From Macrostomum lignano (taxonomy: Eukaryota): 64,000 nucleotides of DNA. The stretch covers positions 310,001-374,000 of the forward strand of contig NIVC01000296.1 in assembly GCA_002269645.1 (NCBI GenBank), in the 5' to 3' direction. Positions 23,295-37,269 of this stretch are shown here, piece after piece. The notes beneath the pieces are model-generated. The model saw only the letters and a program-made list of their open reading frames with translations. It made no database searches and was not told where the DNA came from. The position numbers and the translations under genes are program-made. Positions within the stretch are counted from its first letter, which is position 1; every line of letters begins with the position of its first letter.

Positions 23295-24175
23295 AAATAT
23301 GAGATGGGTAGGAGATGGTCAGGGAGAGGGATAGGAGATGGTCAGGGAGAGAATAGAGATAGGCGAGGGATAGGAGATAGACGGAGAGAATAGAGTTAAG
23401 AGATGGATAGGAGATGGTCAGGGAGAGAATAGAGATAGGCGAGGGATAGGAGATAGACGGAGAGAATAGAGTTAAGAGATGGATAGGAGATGGTCAGGGA
23501 GAGAATAGAGATAGGCGAGGGATAGGAGATAGACAGAGAGAATAGAGTTAAGAGATGGATAGAAGATGGTTAGGGAGAGAATAGAGATGGGAGGAGAGAG
23601 ATAGGAAATAGACAGGGAGAGAATAGAGATTGGAGGAGAAAGATAGGAAATAGACAGGGAGAGAATAGATATTTGGGGAGAGAGATAGGAGATAGATAGG
23701 GAGAGAATAGAGATTGGAGGAGAAAGATAGGAAATAGACAGGGAGAGAATAGATATTGTGGGAGAGAGATAGGAGATAGACAGGGAGAGAATAGATATTG
23801 GGGGAGAGAGATAGAAGATAGACAGGGAGAGAATAGATATTGGGGGAGAGAGATAGGAGATAGACAGGGAGAGAATAGATATTGGGGGGGGGAGAGATAG
23901 GAGATAGACAGGGAGAGAATAGATATTGGGGGAGAGAGATAGGAAATAGACAGGGAGAGAATAGATATTGGGGGGGAGAGATAGGAAATAGACAGGGAGA
24001 GAATAGATATTGGGGGGGGGAGATAGGAAATAGACAGGGAGAGAATAGATATTGGGGGGAGAGATAGGAGATAGACAGGAAGAGAATAGATATTGGGGGA
24101 GAGAGATAAGAAATAGACGGAGAGAATAGAGATTGGAGGAGATAGGAAAAAGACAGGGAGAGAATAGAGATAGGA
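23295..24175 (+). repeat. GA-rich degenerate minisatellite (about 42-46 bp, GAGAGAATAGATATTGGGGGAGAGAGATAGGAGATAGACAGG)
   Basis: Purine-rich tandem array with variable G runs. Confidence 0.9.
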
Positions 24176-24759
24176 ATACAGGAAAGGTAGGCGCGAGAGA
24201 AAATCTGGGGTGAAAGGAGAGAGTGTGCAATTAGTTCTAGTCTGCGACCGCGTGCGAAAGAAGCAAAAAGAAGACACGGCAGGCAGAGGCCAGCAGCAGC
24301 GAAAGCAGAGAGGATCAAAAACGCACGGCTAAGTGGCCCGGCAATAAACGAGATTCAGCCGGCCGCACTGGGGGGGGCACGGTGAAGTCTGTGTGCAGAG
24401 CAAAGAGATCGGGGGGCACCTCTGCAGGTTCGTGCCTCCGGGCAAATACGGCCAGTCCAAGCGTAAGATGAGCCTCATTTAGTCTAATGCATGCAGTTGT
24501 GCTTTTCTCTGCGACTCGTTAAATGTTGAATGTGGGTTCCTCTCTCTCTCTCTCTGACCCGTGCGTGTCTCCTCCGGACGCCAATAAAGAGCTTTGCGCA
24601 TCCTGCAGTGAGTCGAACGAGTTCAAACAGAGAACTACATGTATCTGCATTAGGTAAGTATTCAATTAAATCATTCAATTTGTTAGCGTTGGTAAACTTT
24701 GAGGCACTTCTGGGATAAAGGCGCAGCCCTCTACTGCAGACTTCAGAAGTGCCTGATTA

Positions 24760-27617
24760 GATTCTAAAGACGCTAAACTAGATTCTATAGACGCTAAAGT
24801 AGATTCCATATAGACTCCTAACTAGATTCCATAGACGCTAAACTAGATTCCATAGACGCTAAACTAGATTCCATAGACGCTAAACTAGATTCCATATAGA
24901 CTCCTAACTAGATTCCATAGACGCTAAACTAGATTCCATATAGACTCCTAACTAGATTCCATAGACGCTAAACTAGATTCCATATAGACTCCTAACTAGA
25001 TTCCAAGACGCTAAACTAGATTCCATATAGACTCCTAACTAGATTCCATAGACGCTAAACTAGATTCCATATAGACTCCTAACTAGATTCCATAGACGCT
25101 AAACTAGATTCCATATAGACTCCTAACTAGATTCCATAGACGCTAAACTAGATTCCATATAGACTCCTAACTAGATTCCATAGACGCTAAACTAGATTCC
25201 ATATAGACTCCTAACTAGATTCCATAGACGCTAAACTAGATTCCATATAGACTCCTAACTAGATTCTATAGACGCTAAACTAGATTCTATAGACGCTAAA
25301 CTAGATTCTATAGACGCTAAACTAGATTCCAAGACGCTATAGATTCCATATAGACTCCTAACTAGATTCCATAGACGCTAAACTAGATTCCATATAGACT
25401 CCTAACTAGATTCTATAGACGCTAAACTAGATTCTATAGACGCTAAACTAGATTCCAAAGACGCTAGATTAGATTCTATAGACGCTAAAGTAGATTCTAT
25501 AGGCGCTAAACTAGATTCCAAAGACGCTAGATCAGATTCTATAGACGCTAAACTAGATTCCATAGACGCTAAACTAGATTCCAAAGACGCTAGATCAGAT
25601 TCTATAGACGCTAAACTGGATTCCATAGACGCTAAACTAGATTCCATAGACGCTAAACTAGATTCTATAGACGCTAAAGTAGATTCTATAGGCGCTAAAC
25701 TAGATTCCAAAGACGCTAGATCAGATTCTATAGACGCTAAACTAGATTCCATAGACGCTAAACTAGATTCCATAGACGCTAAACTAGATTCCATAGACGC
25801 TAAACTAGATACCAAAGATGCTTAACTAGATCCCAAAGACGCTAAACTAGATCCCAAAGACGCTAAACTAGATCCCAAAGACGCTAAACTAGATCCCAAA
25901 GATGCTTAACTAGATCCCAAAGACGCTAAACTAGATCCCAAAGACGCTAAACTAGATCCCAAAGACGCTAAGCTAGATTCTATAGACGCTAAACTGGATT
26001 CCATAGACGCTAAACTAGATTCCATAGACGCTAAACTAGATTCCATAGACGCTAAACTAGATCCCAAAGACGCTAAACTAGATCTCATAGACGCTAAACT
26101 AGATCCCAAAGACGCTAAGCTAGATTCTATAGACGCTAAACTGGATTCCATAGACGCTAAACTGGATTCCATAGACGCTAAACTAGATTCCATAGACGCT
26201 AAACTAGATTCTATAGACGCTAAACTAGATTCCATAGACGCTAAACTGGATTCCATAGACGCTAAACTAGATTCTATAGACGCTAAACTAGATCCCAAAG
26301 ACGCTTAACTAGATCCCAAAGACGCTAAACTAGATCCCAAAGACGCTAAACTAGATCCCAAAGATGCTTAACTAGATCCCAAAGACGCTAAACTAGATCC
26401 CAAAGACGCTAAACTAGATCCCAAAGACGCTAAGCTAGATTCTATAGACGCTAAACTGGATTCCATAGACGCTAAACTAGATTCCATAGACGCTAAACTA
26501 GATTCCATAGACGCTAAACTAGATCCCAAAGACGCTAAACTAGATCCCATAGACGCTAAACTAGATCCCAAAGACGCTAAGCTAGATTCTATAGACGCTA
26601 AACTGGATTCCATAGACGCTAAACTAGATTCCATAGACGCTAAACTGGATTCCATAGACGCTAAACTAGATTCCATAGACGCTAAACTGGATTCCATAGA
26701 CGCTAAACTAGATTCCAAAGACGCTAGATCAGATTCTATAGACGCTAAAGTAGATTCTATAGACGCTAAACTGGATTCCAAAGACGCTAGATCAGATTCT
26801 ATAGACGCTAAACTGGATTCCAAAGACGCTAGATCAGATTCTATAGACACTAAACTGGATTCCAAAGACGCTAAACTAGATTCCATAGACGCTAAACTAG
26901 ATTCCATAGACGCTAAACTAGATCCCAAAGACGCTAAACTAGATCCCATAGACGCTAAACTAGATCCCAAAGACGCTAAGCTAGATTCTATAGACGCTAA
27001 ACTGGATTCCATAGACGCTAAACTAGATTCCATAGACGCTAAACTGGATTCCATAGACGCTAAACTAGATTCCATAGACGCTAAACTAGATTCTATAGAC
27101 GCTAAACTGGATTCCAAAGACGCTAGATCAGATTCTATAGACGCTAAACTAGATTCCAAAGATGCTAGATCAGATTCTATAGACGCTAAACTAGATCCCC
27201 AATACGCTAAACTTGATTCCAAAGACGCTAGATCAGATTCTATAGACGCTAAAGTAGATTCTATAGACGCTAAACTGGATTCCAAAGACTCTAAACTAGA
27301 TTCCAAAGACGCTAGATCAGATTCTATAGACGCTAAACAAGATCCCAAAGACGCTAAACTGGATTCCAAAGACGCTAGATCAGATTCTATAGACGCTAAA
27401 CTAGATTCCAAAGACGCTAGATCATATTCTATAGACGCTAAACTAGATTCTATAGACGCTAAACTGGATTCCATAGACGCTAAACTAGATTCCATAGACG
27501 CTAAACTAGATTCCAAAGACGCTAGATCAGATTCTATAGACGCTAAACTAGATTCTATAGACGCTAAACTGGATTCCATAGACGATAAACTAGATTCCAT
27601 ATAGACTCCTAACTAGA
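24760..27617 (+). repeat. 21-bp minisatellite (GACGCTAAACTAGATTCCATA), about 135 copies with subtypes and block duplications
   Basis: Tandem array beginning about 100 bp after a strong donor-like AG|GTAAGT at 24653/24654, so probably intronic. Confidence 0.96.
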
Positions 27618-28127
27618 ACTTTTACCTAATTTTTTGTCCCCTTGTCGAAGCCAGTTTGACCCCTCGGGTCCAGACGGACAAAAAGATTACATGCTAGCCA
27701 CAATAGGCGAGCCTCAAATCCAATCAGTGATCATCTATTAATATCGTATTTATTAGATTTGCCGTCCATCCGCTCACTGTCTGGTGTCGAATGCAAGCGT
27801 CATTGCAAAGATTCTTCTGGGTGGCAACGGCAATTAATAATCCATATAATGAATAAATAATCAATACATGAAGTACATATATCAAGGCCTATTCTTATTG
27901 CATTGATTAATGATATCACAGAGTTCCTGGGAGCGGACGAGGAGGTCCTCATACGTCAGTTTCCGGTTGCAGCTAAGCAATTTTGATGGAGATTTCTGCA
28001 CTTATTTCCCCCATTAAATTTAGCTCACGTTCTCACTTTTATGGCACATAAAATCTGATAATAAATGCCTGACTTAACGAAATGACTTGAAAAAGATTTA
28101 TAAACATCTTGAGGCTGGTGGGTGGTG

Positions 28128-28573
28128 ACTCTCGCTGAGGGGGCAGCGGCTCTCACTGAGGGTGCAGCGGCTCTCACTGAGGGGGCAGCGGCTCTCACTG
28201 AGGGGGCAGCGGCTCTCACTGAGGGTGCAGCGGCTCTCACTGAGGGGGCAGCGGCTCTCACTGAGGGGGCAGCGGCTCTCACTGAGGGTGCAGCGGCTCT
28301 CACTGAGGGGGCAGCGGCTCTCACTGAGGGGGCAGCGGCTCTCACTGAGGGGGCAGCGGCTCTCACTGAGGGGGCAGCGGCTCTCACTGAGGGTGCAGCG
28401 GCTCTCACTGAGGGGGCAGCGGCTCTCACTGAGGGGGCAGCGGCTCTCACTGAGGGGGCAGCGGCTCTCACTGAGGGGGCAGCGGCTCTCACTGAGGGGG
28501 CTGCGGCTCTCACTGAGGGTGCAGCGGCTCTCACTGAGGGTGCAGCGGCTCTCACTGAGGGGGCAGCGGCTCT
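28128..28573 (+). repeat. 21-bp minisatellite (CTCTCACTGAGGGGGCAGCGG), about 21 copies
   Basis: Near-identical tandem copies. Confidence 0.96.
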
Positions 28574-29139
28574 CTTTTCTTTTGTTTCCGGTAAAAAGTG
28601 AAAATCAACAATTTCAATACTGGAGCAACATAGCTAAGTGAGATTTACAACCTCTAATATAGGATGTGCTGGTTTTAATCCTTTTATTCTTGGTTCAGGC
28701 CAAATAATTTACAACTTTGCGGACTAATTCTACAATCTTCAATATTATTTTTGTCATTTCATCTGCTCATGCATGATCATGGACTACTGTGAGCTGTCTT
28801 CTCGACTCCACAACGGCTGTCACAGCAAAAGTTTCTTTCTATTCTAGTCCAGATGTCAGCTGAAGAGGTCCTTGCTCTAGGTCCCGGCAGTTGCCGCTTT
28901 TTAATTGCCTTAGTCCGGGGACATTGCTGGGAGAATTTAAGCCCTTCTCTTTTTTCACCCGGCCGGGGGTTGATAGGGACATGGGGGATCAGCAGGAGTT
29001 TTACCGCCAGACGGAATCCCATGCAGAGCTGTGGCCGGCGCATCGCATTGGTGCTGAGTAATATTGTATAGAATGACTAAATAAAACTGTTTGCTGCCCA
29101 TCCTAACTTGATACTAATAATATTAATCATAATATTAGT

Positions 29140-29410
29140 TGCAGGAGGCCTGTTGGCGCCCTGGTGCAAAACCTTCAGCCACATCGTCCCACAATCAACG
29201 CTGACGGAAATTCTGCCCATTCCACTGACTCCTGAGCACTGTACGCTGTCACGCACTCGTACACTCGCTCACACAGGGTGTACAGCAGCCCTTTGACTTT
29301 ATAATCGTCAGGCATGTACACTCTCTGTGCCTTGGGGTTGGCCCTCACGGCTGTTGAATCGCACGACACCCCTCCAGGCCAATTTTTGTGCACACAAGCC
29401 TCAAATGGAG
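29140..29410 (-). mobile_element. SINE family A, copy 2 (5' head not recognisable)
   Basis: Reverse complement matches 6340-6570, including CTCACACAGGGTGTACAGCAGCCC and GGGGTTGGCCCTC; AT-rich TAA-like tail on the left. Confidence 0.72.
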
Positions 29411-29415
29411 TTTCA

Positions 29416-29710
29416 CAGTCCAGCCCATCCAATCCACAGTCCAGCCAATCCAATCCACACTACAGCCTATCCAATCCACAGTCCAGCCCATCCAATCCAC
29501 AGTCCAGCTCATCCAATCCACAGTCCAGCCTATCCAACCCACAGTCCAGCTCATCCAATCCACAGTCCAGCCCATCCAATCCACACTACAGCCCATCCAA
29601 TCCACAGTCCAGCCCATTCAATCCACAGTCCAGCCCATTCAATCCACAGTCCAGCGCATCCAATCCACACTACAGCCTATCCAATCCACAGTCCAGCCCA
29701 TCCAATCCAC
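29416..29710 (+). repeat. 21-bp minisatellite (CCAATCCACAGTCCAGCCCAT), about 14 copies
   Basis: Ends immediately before the acceptor GTTTCAG at 29711-29717. Confidence 0.94.
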
Positions 29711-29717
29711 GTTTCAG

Positions 29718-30152
29718 ACAGGCCGGATTTTTCGCTCCTTCAAGCTGGACTCCGTCATCCGACTCATAGAGCGCTCTGGCGCTGCAGCCGGCGCCATCGC
29801 CGACGCTCGCCTGCAGGCCGAGCTGCGCACCGCGCGCCAGGAGGCCGGCCAGGAGCCGGAGTGTCGCGCCGCGGTGCAGCGCTACCGCGCCATGTCCGAG
29901 TCCGGCCGAGCCCAGCTCCACAGCGACAACATCGACCGCCTGAACAGGGCCGAGGAGGCGCACCTGGAGAGCGTCCAGCGGATGCGCGCCGCCGCCAGCG
30001 AAATGCGCGCCGCTTATGACGCCTGGCGCCGGCAGGCGGCTGCCGCATCCGCGGCTGCAGCGGCGGCGACTTCCGGATCGCGTCGCCGAAGTTCGCTTCC
30101 GGTGGCTGGCGCTGCAGATTCACCGTCTGCTGCTGGGGTGCAGCAGCGATGA
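29718..30152 (+). CDS. Terminal exon of an unidentified alpha-helical protein
   Basis: GC-rich, codon-like open frame after TTTCAG ([16 protein letters not shown]...RRRSSLP...QQR*). Possible upstream phase-0 micro-exons at 27791-27820 and 27922-27954 are speculative. Confidence 0.55.
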   Translation, partial: TGRIFRSFKLDSVIRLIERSGAAAGAIADARLQAELRTARQEAGQEPECRAAVQRYRAMSESGRAQLHSDNIDRLNRAEEAHLESVQRMRAAASEMRAAYDAWRRQAAAASAAAAAATSGSRRRSSLPVAGAADSPSAAGVQQR

Positions 30153-30181
30153 GCACTCAGCTGTCTCAGCCTGCGCGTGTC

Positions 30182-30843
30182 TCCTCACCTGTCTCTCTCA
30201 CCTGTCTCTCTCACCTGTCTCTCTCACCTGTCTCTCTCACCTGTCTCTCTCCCTCTCACCTGTCTCTCTCACCTGTCTCTCTCCCTCTCACCTGTCTCTC
30301 TCACCTGTCTCTCTCACCTGTCTCTCTCACCTGTCTCTCTCACCTGTCTCTCTCACCTGTCTCTCTCACCTGTCTCTCTCACCTGTCTCTCTCACCTGTC
30401 TCTCTCACCTGTCTCTCTCACCTGTCTCTCTCACCTGTCTCTCTCACCTGTCTCTCTCATCTGTCTCTCTCACCTGTCTCTCTCCCTCTCACCTGTCTCT
30501 CTCCCCTCACCTGTCTCTCTCACCTGTCTCTCTCACCTGTCTCTCTCACCTGTCTCTCTCCCCTCACCTGTCTCTCTCACCTGTCTCTCTCACCTGTCTC
30601 TCTCACCTGTCTCTCTCACCTGTCTCTCTCCCTCTCACCTGTCTCTCTCCCTCTCACCTGTCTCTCTCCCTCTCACCTGTCTCTCTCCCTCTCACCTGTC
30701 TCTCTCACCTGTCACTCTCCCTCTCACCTGTCTCTCTCCCTCTCACCTGTCTCTCTCCCTCTCACCTGTCTCTCTCCCTCTCACCTGTCTCTCTCCCTCT
30801 CACCTGTATCTCTCCCCTCACCTGTCTCTCTCACCTGTCTCTC
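30182..30843 (+). repeat. C/T-rich 15-bp minisatellite (CTCACCTGTCTCTCT) with length variants
   Basis: Starts about 30 bp after the 30152 stop. Confidence 0.95.
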
Positions 30844-31304
30844 TACCACGCAACTTACACGCATGACAATATTTCTCAAAAGCTGATATCGAATTCTGGA
30901 AGCAAGCACTTTGCTTTCACGGCTTGTGATTATACTGATTATGGATACTGAGTGGCACGCACTGCAATTTGGTGAAGGGATTGACCTGTACTTTTTGCGA
31001 ATATTCCCTTTGTCCTATCTACGGCGATCTTCCCTCCTTGATTTTACTGCCGAGCTCCGATAACACTTTTACTGTAGTTTTCAGCTACTTGCTCTGCTTC
31101 TGAATTTCCTATTTTTATAAGCTAGTTTTGTGCGTTGTACATAAAAATTAATATAAAATGTTGAATTGAATATTATAACATTCATTTCTGTTTTCGTTCC
31201 TGTTCTGCTCTCGCCCAATAAACGAGTCCTCAGTCGTTTGCGGTCATGATAAATGAAACATGCGGGAAAAGTGTGTTTATTCCTCAGTGGGGATTAAGTT
31301 TCTG

Positions 31305-31672
31305 CAGTCTATGGACTGGCCCAAGTAGGGGGAATGAATAAGTTTCTGTAATCTATGGCCTGGCCCAAGTGGGGAATGAATACGTTTCTGTAGTCTATGG
31401 CCTGGCCCAAGTGGGGAATGAATACGTTTCTGTAGTCTATGGCCTGGCCCAAGTGGGGAATGAATACGTTTCTGTAGTCTATGGCCTGGCCCATGTTGGG
31501 AATGAATACGTTTCTGTAGTCTATGGCCTGGCCCATGTGGGGAATGAATACGTTTCTGTAGTCTATGGCCTGGCCCATGTGGGGAATGAATACGTTTCTG
31601 CAGTCTATGGCCTGGCCCAAGTGGGGAATGAATACGTTTCTGTAGTCAATGGCCAGACCCAAGTGGGGAATG
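31305..31672 (+). repeat. 42-bp minisatellite, about 9 copies
   Basis: GTCTATGGCCTGGCCCAAGTGGGGAATGAATACGTTTCTGTA in tandem. Confidence 0.94.
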
Positions 31673-32356
31673 AATCTTCAATGTTTTGCATGCTTGTTAT
31701 TTATTGCGAGTGCAAGTTTAAGAGTTTAAAGAGTACTATCAAACCTCAAATTATTCAGTTAGTTAAAATTCAGAGTTTGAAATTTGCTAACTGTAATTCC
31801 TACGGCTCGTATGAGTTAGTGACACACTACTACTGCAGTGCAGACTTAACTGCCGCGACATTTAGAATTGAATATTTAGCATATGTTAGCATGGCTCTTG
31901 GCTTAACGGTGCTGTGCGAATGTGCCTTCGGCTTGTTAATTGACAGGCAGACGGACAGACAAATTTTACAGGCTATTATTGTTGTCTATACAATTTATTG
32001 TTTCTATTTTCTTATATTTTGTATATTCACAGTTACCATGAGAGCTATAACTGACTGTCTGGGTGGTGAAATAACAGAGTAAGGGGTGGTGAGAGTGACA
32101 GGACCCTTATTGCTTCTACTGGTGCAACTTTATATAACAACAACAAAAAACAGGAGAAATTTATGGTACAAAAAAGCTTTGGTAAATTAAAGCAAGTGAA
32201 ACAAAGAGTGACTAAAAGAAGATTAAGATAAGAATGGCCGGGGTGATCTGTGTGACTTTAGCGCTTTCCGGGGGCCCATATACCTCTTTATATTGGCTTT
32301 TGAAAGATAAAAAATGGATTTAAAACGGATTATGCATTGGATACTGTGCTTGCTTG

Positions 32357-32813
32357 ATGGCGCCAATGGAACACGTCATTGCTAGAGAGTGGCGCCAATG
32401 GAACCCGTCATTGCTAGAGAGTGGTGCCAATGGAACCCGTCATTGCTTGAGAGTGGCGCCAATGGAACCCGTCATTGCTAGAGAGTGGCGCCAATGGAAC
32501 CCGTCATTGCTAGAGAGTGGTGCCAATGGAACCCGTCATTGCTTGAGAGTGGCGCCAATGGAACCCGTCATTGCTAGAGAGTGGCGCCAATGGAACCCGT
32601 CATTGCTGGAGAGTGGCGCCAATGGAACCCGTCATTGCTAGAGATTGGCGCCAATGGAACCCGTCATTGCTAGAGAGTGGCGCCAATGGAACCCGTCATT
32701 GCTGGAGGGTGGTGCCAATGGAACCCGTCATTGCTAGAGATTGGCGCCAATGGAACCCGTCATTGCTAGCGATTGGCGCCAATGGAACCCGTCATTGCTA
32801 GCGATTGGCGCCA
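32357..32813 (+). repeat. 32-bp minisatellite, about 14 copies
   Basis: TGGCGCCAATGGAACCCGTCATTGCTAGAGAG in tandem, about 55 bp past the stop of the minus-strand GPCR. Confidence 0.95.
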
Positions 32814-32867
32814 AGATTATTTTTTACTTGGATCAATCAACAGTTAGATCAATCAGCCAATAATTTG

Positions 32868-34124
32868 TCAGCCAAAACTGGCCGGCTTCATCAATTGGCA
32901 TCTGGCGAGGTCGCCGCGAGGTTCAGCGCCAGCATCGGCGCCAGCATCGGCGGCAGCGCCGACCGGCAGTTTGATCTGGTGCTCGCAGCGGCCGCAGCGG
33001 CAGGCGTTGCCGACATGCTCGTTTGAAGCTTCGTTTTCGGCTTCCTGGCCAACAGCAAGCGCGGCTGCCGCGGCTGCCTCCAACGGCACGAAGGTGACGA
33101 ACCGTTGGTCACCGTTAATCGGCCATCGCGGTCTGGCGCGCTGCCGCAGGCGGTTGAACAGTCGGCGGAACAATCGGAGCAGGCGGCCAAGTCGCTGGCG
33201 CGCTTTGCGGCCTAGCAGGGCGAGAGCCACCCGGTACTTGCGGTTGCAGTAGGCGTAGATGAGCCCGTTGGTGGAGAAGTGCACCAAGTAGAGAGTCTGG
33301 CAGGCGCTGCGCACCAGGTTGAAGTGCTCGCCGTTGATCCTGACGCGGCTTCGCTGGAGCAGCAGGCCGGCGCAGATGATGGCATAGTTGGGCAGGTTGA
33401 GCAGCAGGTAAGCCAGGCAGAAGCTCAGCAGCATCCGGCTGAGCTGGTAGCGCGGCCGAACTGTCTGGCTCTGTCCGGCCTGCTGTCCGCCGACTCCGGC
33501 GCTGCCGCCGTTCGGGCGCAGCTGGCCGGCCCGCCTGGCCACGTGGTACACTGCGGCGTTGAGCAGCACGAGTAGAGCTCCGGGCAGCAGGGCTGAGGCC
33601 ACAGCGTCGGCCAGAGCGAATATCTCGGCGCCACGCCTCGGCATGCAGTTCATCGTGCCGTTGTGGATGGGGTCGGGCAGGTACACAATGCTGTAGGCCA
33701 CGTGCAGGTTCAGCCCGGCGCTCACGGCGGCCAGGGAGGCCACGACGCAACCGGGACGGAATCGCCTGGCCAGCGGCGAGTCGGAAACGTGCAACAGTCG
33801 ATCCATGGTGATGCCGACGAGTAGCCAGGGGCTGAGCATCGACAGGCTGCCGTAGAGGAACTGCGTAACAAAGCAGCCGACTGCGCTGCCGATCTGCAGC
33901 CCGGAGTTGGCCACGGTGGTGAAGGTGCCCAGCAGCAGCAGGTCGTTTAGCGACAGAGCGAACAGAGCAGCCGTGAGGCTGTGCCGCCACACCGCTCGCT
34001 GCGAGAAGGACAGACAGTTGACGAAATTACCAGCAATGCCCAGGGCCACCAGGGGCACGTTGAGCAGGTTGAGGCGGGCAAGCCACACCCTGTAGGCGTC
34101 GGAACCGGTGCTGTCCGGGTCCAT
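32868..34124 (-). CDS. Class A 7TM GPCR, peptide-receptor-like (FMRFamide-receptor-like group), single coding exon
   Basis: Kozak GCCGCCATGG; TM1 [10 protein letters not shown]2 ALSLNDL, TM3 [16 protein letters not shown]2 Cys, TM5 LLPG, TM6 LLNLPNY, TM7 STNGLIY. Confidence 0.9.
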   Translation of the reverse strand: MDPDSTGSDAYRVWLARLNLLNVPLVALGIAGNFVNCLSFSQRAVWRHSLTAALFALSLNDLLLLGTFTTVANSGLQIGSAVGCFVTQFLYGSLSMLSPWLLVGITMDRLLHVSDSPLARRFRPGCVVASLAAVSAGLNLHVAYSIVYLPDPIHNGTMNCMPRRGAEIFALADAVASALLPGALLVLLNAAVYHVARRAGQLRPNGGSAGVGGQQAGQSQTVRPRYQLSRMLLSFCLAYLLLNLPNYAIICAGLLLQRSRVRINGEHFNLVRSACQTLYLVHFSTNGLIYAYCNRKYRVALALLGRKARQRLGRLLRLFRRLFNRLRQRARPRWPINGDQRFVTFVPLEAAAAAALAVGQEAENEASNEHVGNACRCGRCEHQIKLPVGAAADAGADAGAEPRGDLARCQLMKPASFG

Positions 34125-34392
34125 GGCGGCCTGGATTATCAGGCTATAAAACAGATAGCATATTGAATACAGTCTGCTTGCCCGTTAGTGAGTTGAGCAT
34201 TAGAATATATCTTCTATGCTGAAATTGAGTTTTTGTCTCTGCCGGGGAAAGCTGGCGGGCCAATAGCGGGGGCCTGGCTTGATGCAGTCGCCACTTCAGC
34301 TGAGGGCCGGGGAGAAAAGGGGGGGAGACTGCGGATGGGGAGAAATTATCAGCAGCATTTTAACTAAGTTTGCTGCCGATGAAAAACATTTC

Positions 34393-35107
34393 TCTGGATT
34401 GCTGTACAGACACAATTTAATCGAAGCATAGAGATCTGGATTGCTGTACAGACACAATTTAATCGAAGCATAGAGATCTGGATTGTTGTACAGACACAAG
34501 TTAATCGAAGCATAGAGATCTGGATTGCTGTACAGACACAATTTAATCGAAGCATAGAGATCTGGATTGCTGTACAGACACAATTTAATCGAAGCATAGA
34601 GATCTGGATTGTTGTACAGACACAAGTTAATCGAAGCATAGAGATCTGGATTGCTGTACAGACACAATTTAATCGAAGCATAGAGATCTGGATTGCTGTA
34701 CAGGCACAATTTAATCGAAGCATAGAGATCTGGATTGCTGTACAGACACAAATTAATCGAAGCATAGACATCTGGATTGCTGTACAGACACAATTTAATC
34801 GAAGCATAGAGATCTGGATTGCTGTACAGACACAAGTTAATCGAAGCATAGAGATCTGGATTGCTGTACAGACACAATTTAATCGAAGCATAGAGATCTG
34901 GATTGTTGTACAGGCACAATTTAATCGAAGCATAGAGATCTGGATTGTTGTACAGACACAAGTTAATCGAAGCATAGAGATCTGGATTGCTGTACAGACA
35001 CAATTTAATCGAAGCATAGAGATCTGGATTGCTGTACAGACACAATTTAATCGAAGCATAGAGATCTGGATTGCTGTACAGACACAATTTAATCGAAGCA
35101 TAGAGAT
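34393..35107 (+). repeat. 42-bp minisatellite, about 17 copies
   Basis: TCTGGATTGCTGTACAGACACAATTTAATCGAAGCATAGAGA in tandem. Confidence 0.96.
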
Positions 35108-35569
35108 CGACTTGGAGTTTCGCTGACACATTTTACTTCCAAGGATTTCGCGGCAAGCTGCACAGAGAGACATGTTAAGAAAGAACTAACACGTCACTAG
35201 GGAATTCCGATCGTGATGGGGCGCGAGGCAGCTGGAAGGAGACAGGAGCCAGTAGGGGGAGACGGGAAGGCAGACTGCAGTCGGCTGCACGTTTGTAAGA
35301 AGAGAAACGCAATAAATGAAAAATATTGCCGCCAAAAAATTTGTTATACCCGATAATGCGGGGGGGGGGGGGTTAACCCCGCTAGCTGGGGGATGACTAA
35401 CTAATAATGCATTCAACATCAATAGTAGGCTGCAGACTGCATAGTGCTGTACTTGGCGCACCCTGGTAGCCCGCACTTCTATGAAGCTGTTGTGCTTTAT
35501 TCATTTTAGTTTGGTATGAATACCATCTGCCATCGGTTGTACTATCAGAAGCATTCCTGTGACATCAGA

Positions 35570-36925
35570 CTGTTATAAATAGACACTGTACATCAGACTG
35601 CGAGAAATAGAAACTGTACATCAGACTGTGAGCAATAGGCACTGTACACCAGACTATGAGCAATAGACACTGTACATCAGACTGCGAGAAATAGAAACTG
35701 TACATCAGACTGTGAGCAATAGACACTGTACATCAGACTGTGAGCAATAGGCACTGTACATCAGACTATGAGCAATAGACACTGTACACCAGACTATGAG
35801 CAATAGACACTGTACATCAGACTGTGAGCAATAGGCACTGTACATCAGACTATGAGCAATAGACACTGTACACCAGACTATGAGCAATAGACACTGTACA
35901 TCAGACTGTGAGCAATAGGCACTGTACATCAGACTATGAGCAATAGACACTGTACACCAGACTATGAGCAATAGACACTGTACATCAGACTGCGAGAAAT
36001 AGAAACTGTACATCAGACTGTGAGCAATAGACACTGTACATCAGACTGTGAGCAATAGGCACTGTACATCAGACTATGAGCAATAGACACTGTACACCAG
36101 ACTATGAGCAATAGACACTGTACATCAGACTGTGAGCAATAGGCACTGTACATCAGACTATGAGCAATAGACACTGTACACCAGACTATGAGCAATAGAC
36201 ACTGTACATCAGACTGTGAGCAATAGGCACTGTACATCAGACTATGAGCAATAGACACTGTACACCAGACTATGAGCAATAGACACTGTACATCAGACTA
36301 TGAGCAATAGACACTGTACATCAGACTATGAGCAATAGACACTGTACATCAGACTATGAGCAATAGACACTGTACATCAGACTATGAGCAATAGACACTG
36401 TACATCAGACTATGAGCAATAGACACTGTACATCAGACTATGAGCAATAGACACTGTACATCAGACTATGAGCAATAGACACTGTACATCAGACTATGAG
36501 CAATAGACACTGTACATCAGACTATGAGCAATAGACACTGTACATCAGACTATGAGCAATAGACACTGTACATCAGACTATGAGCAATAGACACTGTACA
36601 TCAGACTATGAGCAATAGACACTGTACATCAGACTATGAGCAATAGACACTGTACATCAGACTATGAGCAATAGACACTGTACATCAGACTATGAGCAAT
36701 AGACACTGTACATCAGACTATGAGCAATAGACACTGTACATCAGACTATGAGCAATAGACACTGTACATCAGACTATGAGCAATAGACACTGTACATCAG
36801 ACTATGAGCAATAGACACTGTACATCAGACTATGAGCAATAGACACTGTACATCAGACTATGAGCAATAGACACTGTACATCAGACTATGAGCAATAGAC
36901 ACTGTACATCAGACTATGAGCAATA
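35570..36925 (+). repeat. 28-bp minisatellite (AGACACTGTACATCAGACTATGAGCAAT), about 48 copies
   Basis: The left half shows an 84-bp trimer higher-order repeat; the right half is homogeneous. Confidence 0.96.
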
Positions 36926-37269
36926 AACACAACACAAATATGCACTGAATAGAAATCGAAGACAAAAATCCAATCTGTCGGACATGAGAGCTGACAGAGC
37001 TTGCTACTAGGAGGATATTTGAGTGACAGTTACTTGATTGACTTTTTTGTCAGACCAATCAACACCCTGGCCTTGGCGTCAGCTCTGACAGCTGACAGAC
37101 ATTTTGCTAACTTAAACTGATGGCCATCACGGAAATGTGGGACAACACAAAATAAATTGATTTTCTATTCAAAAAACAAGCATGGAAAGTCTATAGAAAG
37201 TCTATAAAAATTCCTCTATTGCCGTGATATTTCTTTCATATGACAATTTTGCTGGTAAATTCTCCTCAA

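Noticed and set aside
25402-27600. Minus-strand heptad ORFs (ESSLASI/M/L) that look like a perfect coiled coil
   Set aside because: Translation of a 21-bp array. A TTA-to-TAA stop is propagated several times, there is an in-frame stop just upstream, synonymous changes are not clearly enriched by eye, and the array appears intronic to a plus-strand gene.
28025-36279. Repeat ORFs such as [31 protein letters not shown] and SIAHSLMY
   Set aside because: They coincide exactly with tandem arrays and lack splice or codon support.
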